DNA from: an uncultured bacterium
GTDB taxonomy: Bacteria > Acidobacteriota > HRBIN11 > JAKEFK01
DNA: 64,000 nucleotides
NCBI GenBank assembly: GCA_963777505.1
Contig: CAVZQN010000006.1
Span: 32,001 to 96,000, forward strand
Reading direction: 5' to 3'
Below, in pieces: positions 62,717 to 64,000 of this stretch. The notes beneath the pieces were generated by a model. It worked only from the letters and a program-made list of their open reading frames with translations, had not been told where the DNA came from and made no database searches. Each line of letters begins with the position of its first letter. The first letter of the stretch is position 1. A program made the position numbers and the translations under genes.

Positions 62717-63994
62717 ATGCTACTTCTTAAGAATGGAAGGGTCATAGATCCAGGGCAGAATATAGACGACAAACTGGATATTTTAATCGATGGTGAAACA
62801 ATCATTCAGATCGGAAAGCAGATCGAATCTCCCGATGCTGAGACGCTGGATCTTTCCGAAATGATTGTAGCGCCTGGCTTTGTTGACCTTCATGTGCACT
62901 TACGCGAACCAGGCAAAGAAGAAGCTGAGACGATAGAAACGGGTGCGCTGTCGGCGGCAGCCGGGGGATTCACAACAGTTGCCTGTATGCCGAATACTCA
63001 ACCTGTAAACGACAACCCATCTGTTACAGCATTTGTGCTGGAAAAAGCTCAACAAGCAATTATTCAAGTACTTCCAATTGCCGCAATCACAATGAATGAA
63101 GCCGGAGAAGAATTAGCAGGGCTTGAAGCTTTGAGAAAGGCGGGTGCGGTCGCATTTTCTGATGATGGCAAACCCGTTGTAAATTCTTTGTTTATGCGAA
63201 AGGCGCTTGAAAAAAGTAGAGATCTGGGTGTTCCTGTGATCGATCACTGTGAAGATCCTGGATTGGCGAAAGGCGGTGTAATGAATGAAGGTAGAGTTTC
63301 GGCAAAGATGAAATTGCCAGGCATGCCTTCAGAAGCCGAAGAAATTATGGTCGCGCGTAACATTTCACTTGCGAGACTTACCGGTGGTCATATTCACATG
63401 GCACATATGAGCACCGCTGGTTCAATGAAATTAATTCGCGAAGCAAAAAAGGATGGGCTTTCGGTTACATGCGAAGTTACACCTCATCATTTTACTCTCA
63501 CAGAGGAAGCCGTCTCCAAAGAAGGAACTAACGCTAAAATGAATCCTCCCTTGAGAACTGCAAGCGACCTGGAAGCTGTACTGGAAGCGATTGCCGATGG
63601 AACTGTCGATATCATTGCGTCCGATCATGCACCACATCATGCGGAGACGAAGAGCGTATCATTTGAGAAGGCATCTTTCGGAATTGTCGGACTTGAAACT
63701 TCGGTATCGCTTGGCCTGGATCGGTTGGTAAATTCAAATTTGATTTCGATGAAACGTTTTATAGAACTTTATAGCGTTAATCCTGCAAAAATTATTGGCG
63801 TGCCACGAGGCGTTCAGGAAAAGTTGCAAGCAAATCTGACCGTTCTGGATCCAAATCGTAAAACAAAAGTTCAAGCATCAAAATTCAAATCGAAAAGCCG
63901 GAACACCCCATTTGATGGATGGACCTTGCAAGGTGCGCCTGTCGCTACCATTTATAAAGGTAAGATCGTTTGGATCGTTAAGTCTTTGCGGTAA
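62717..63994 (+). CDS. pyrC: Dihydroorotase
   Basis: DLHVHLREPG, MPNT, CEVTPHH, KMNPPLR, SDHAPH and SKSRNTPF. Confidence 0.95.
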   Translation: MLLLKNGRVIDPGQNIDDKLDILIDGETIIQIGKQIESPDAETLDLSEMIVAPGFVDLHVHLREPGKEEAETIETGALSAAAGGFTTVACMPNTQPVNDNPSVTAFVLEKAQQAIIQVLPIAAITMNEAGEELAGLEALRKAGAVAFSDDGKPVVNSLFMRKALEKSRDLGVPVIDHCEDPGLAKGGVMNEGRVSAKMKLPGMPSEAEEIMVARNISLARLTGGHIHMAHMSTAGSMKLIREAKKDGLSVTCEVTPHHFTLTEEAVSKEGTNAKMNPPLRTASDLEAVLEAIADGTVDIIASDHAPHHAETKSVSFEKASFGIVGLETSVSLGLDRLVNSNLISMKRFIELYSVNPAKIIGVPRGVQEKLQANLTVLDPNRKTKVQASKFKSKSRNTPFDGWTLQGAPVATIYKGKIVWIVKSLR

Positions 63995-64000
63995 CAATAA

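Noticed and set aside
1-64000. CRISPR arrays, integrase/transposase, phage or defence genes
   Set aside because: No regularly spaced repeats or recognisable motifs found by eye.

Overview
Bacterial chromosomal window, host not identifiable with confidence. It carries many single-base indels, most likely long-read errors. The flanks look like core genome: glycosylation genes and glf on the left; murJ, a LeuA-like enzyme, peptidases, a diguanylate cyclase and pyrC on the right. Between them lies a roughly 40 kb accessory block (~11.6-52.0 kb) abutting the 3' end of tRNA-Gln(CUG). The block reads as a self-contained sigma54 regulon. It has a beta-propeller sensor kinase, a response regulator, two paralogous FhlA-like GAF/AAA+ activators, and seven -24/-12 promoters, each near GTCAA/TTGAC half-sites. 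Its outputs are an Omp85 barrel with a secreted HipA/CotH-like kinase, a signal-peptide-bearing UbiB kinase, an RND-TolC fusion pump, a RoxA-like diheme cytochrome, an intradiol dioxygenase/CMD pair, a Dyp-DUF4331-SDR-TPR-NDH2-OprB operon and two small orphan proteins. Outside the block, a CTP-synthase-glutaminase-like gene has an in-frame TGA at the nucleophile position followed by a SECIS-like hairpin (predicted selenoprotein). It is preceded by a sigma54 promoter and a structured non-coding stretch.
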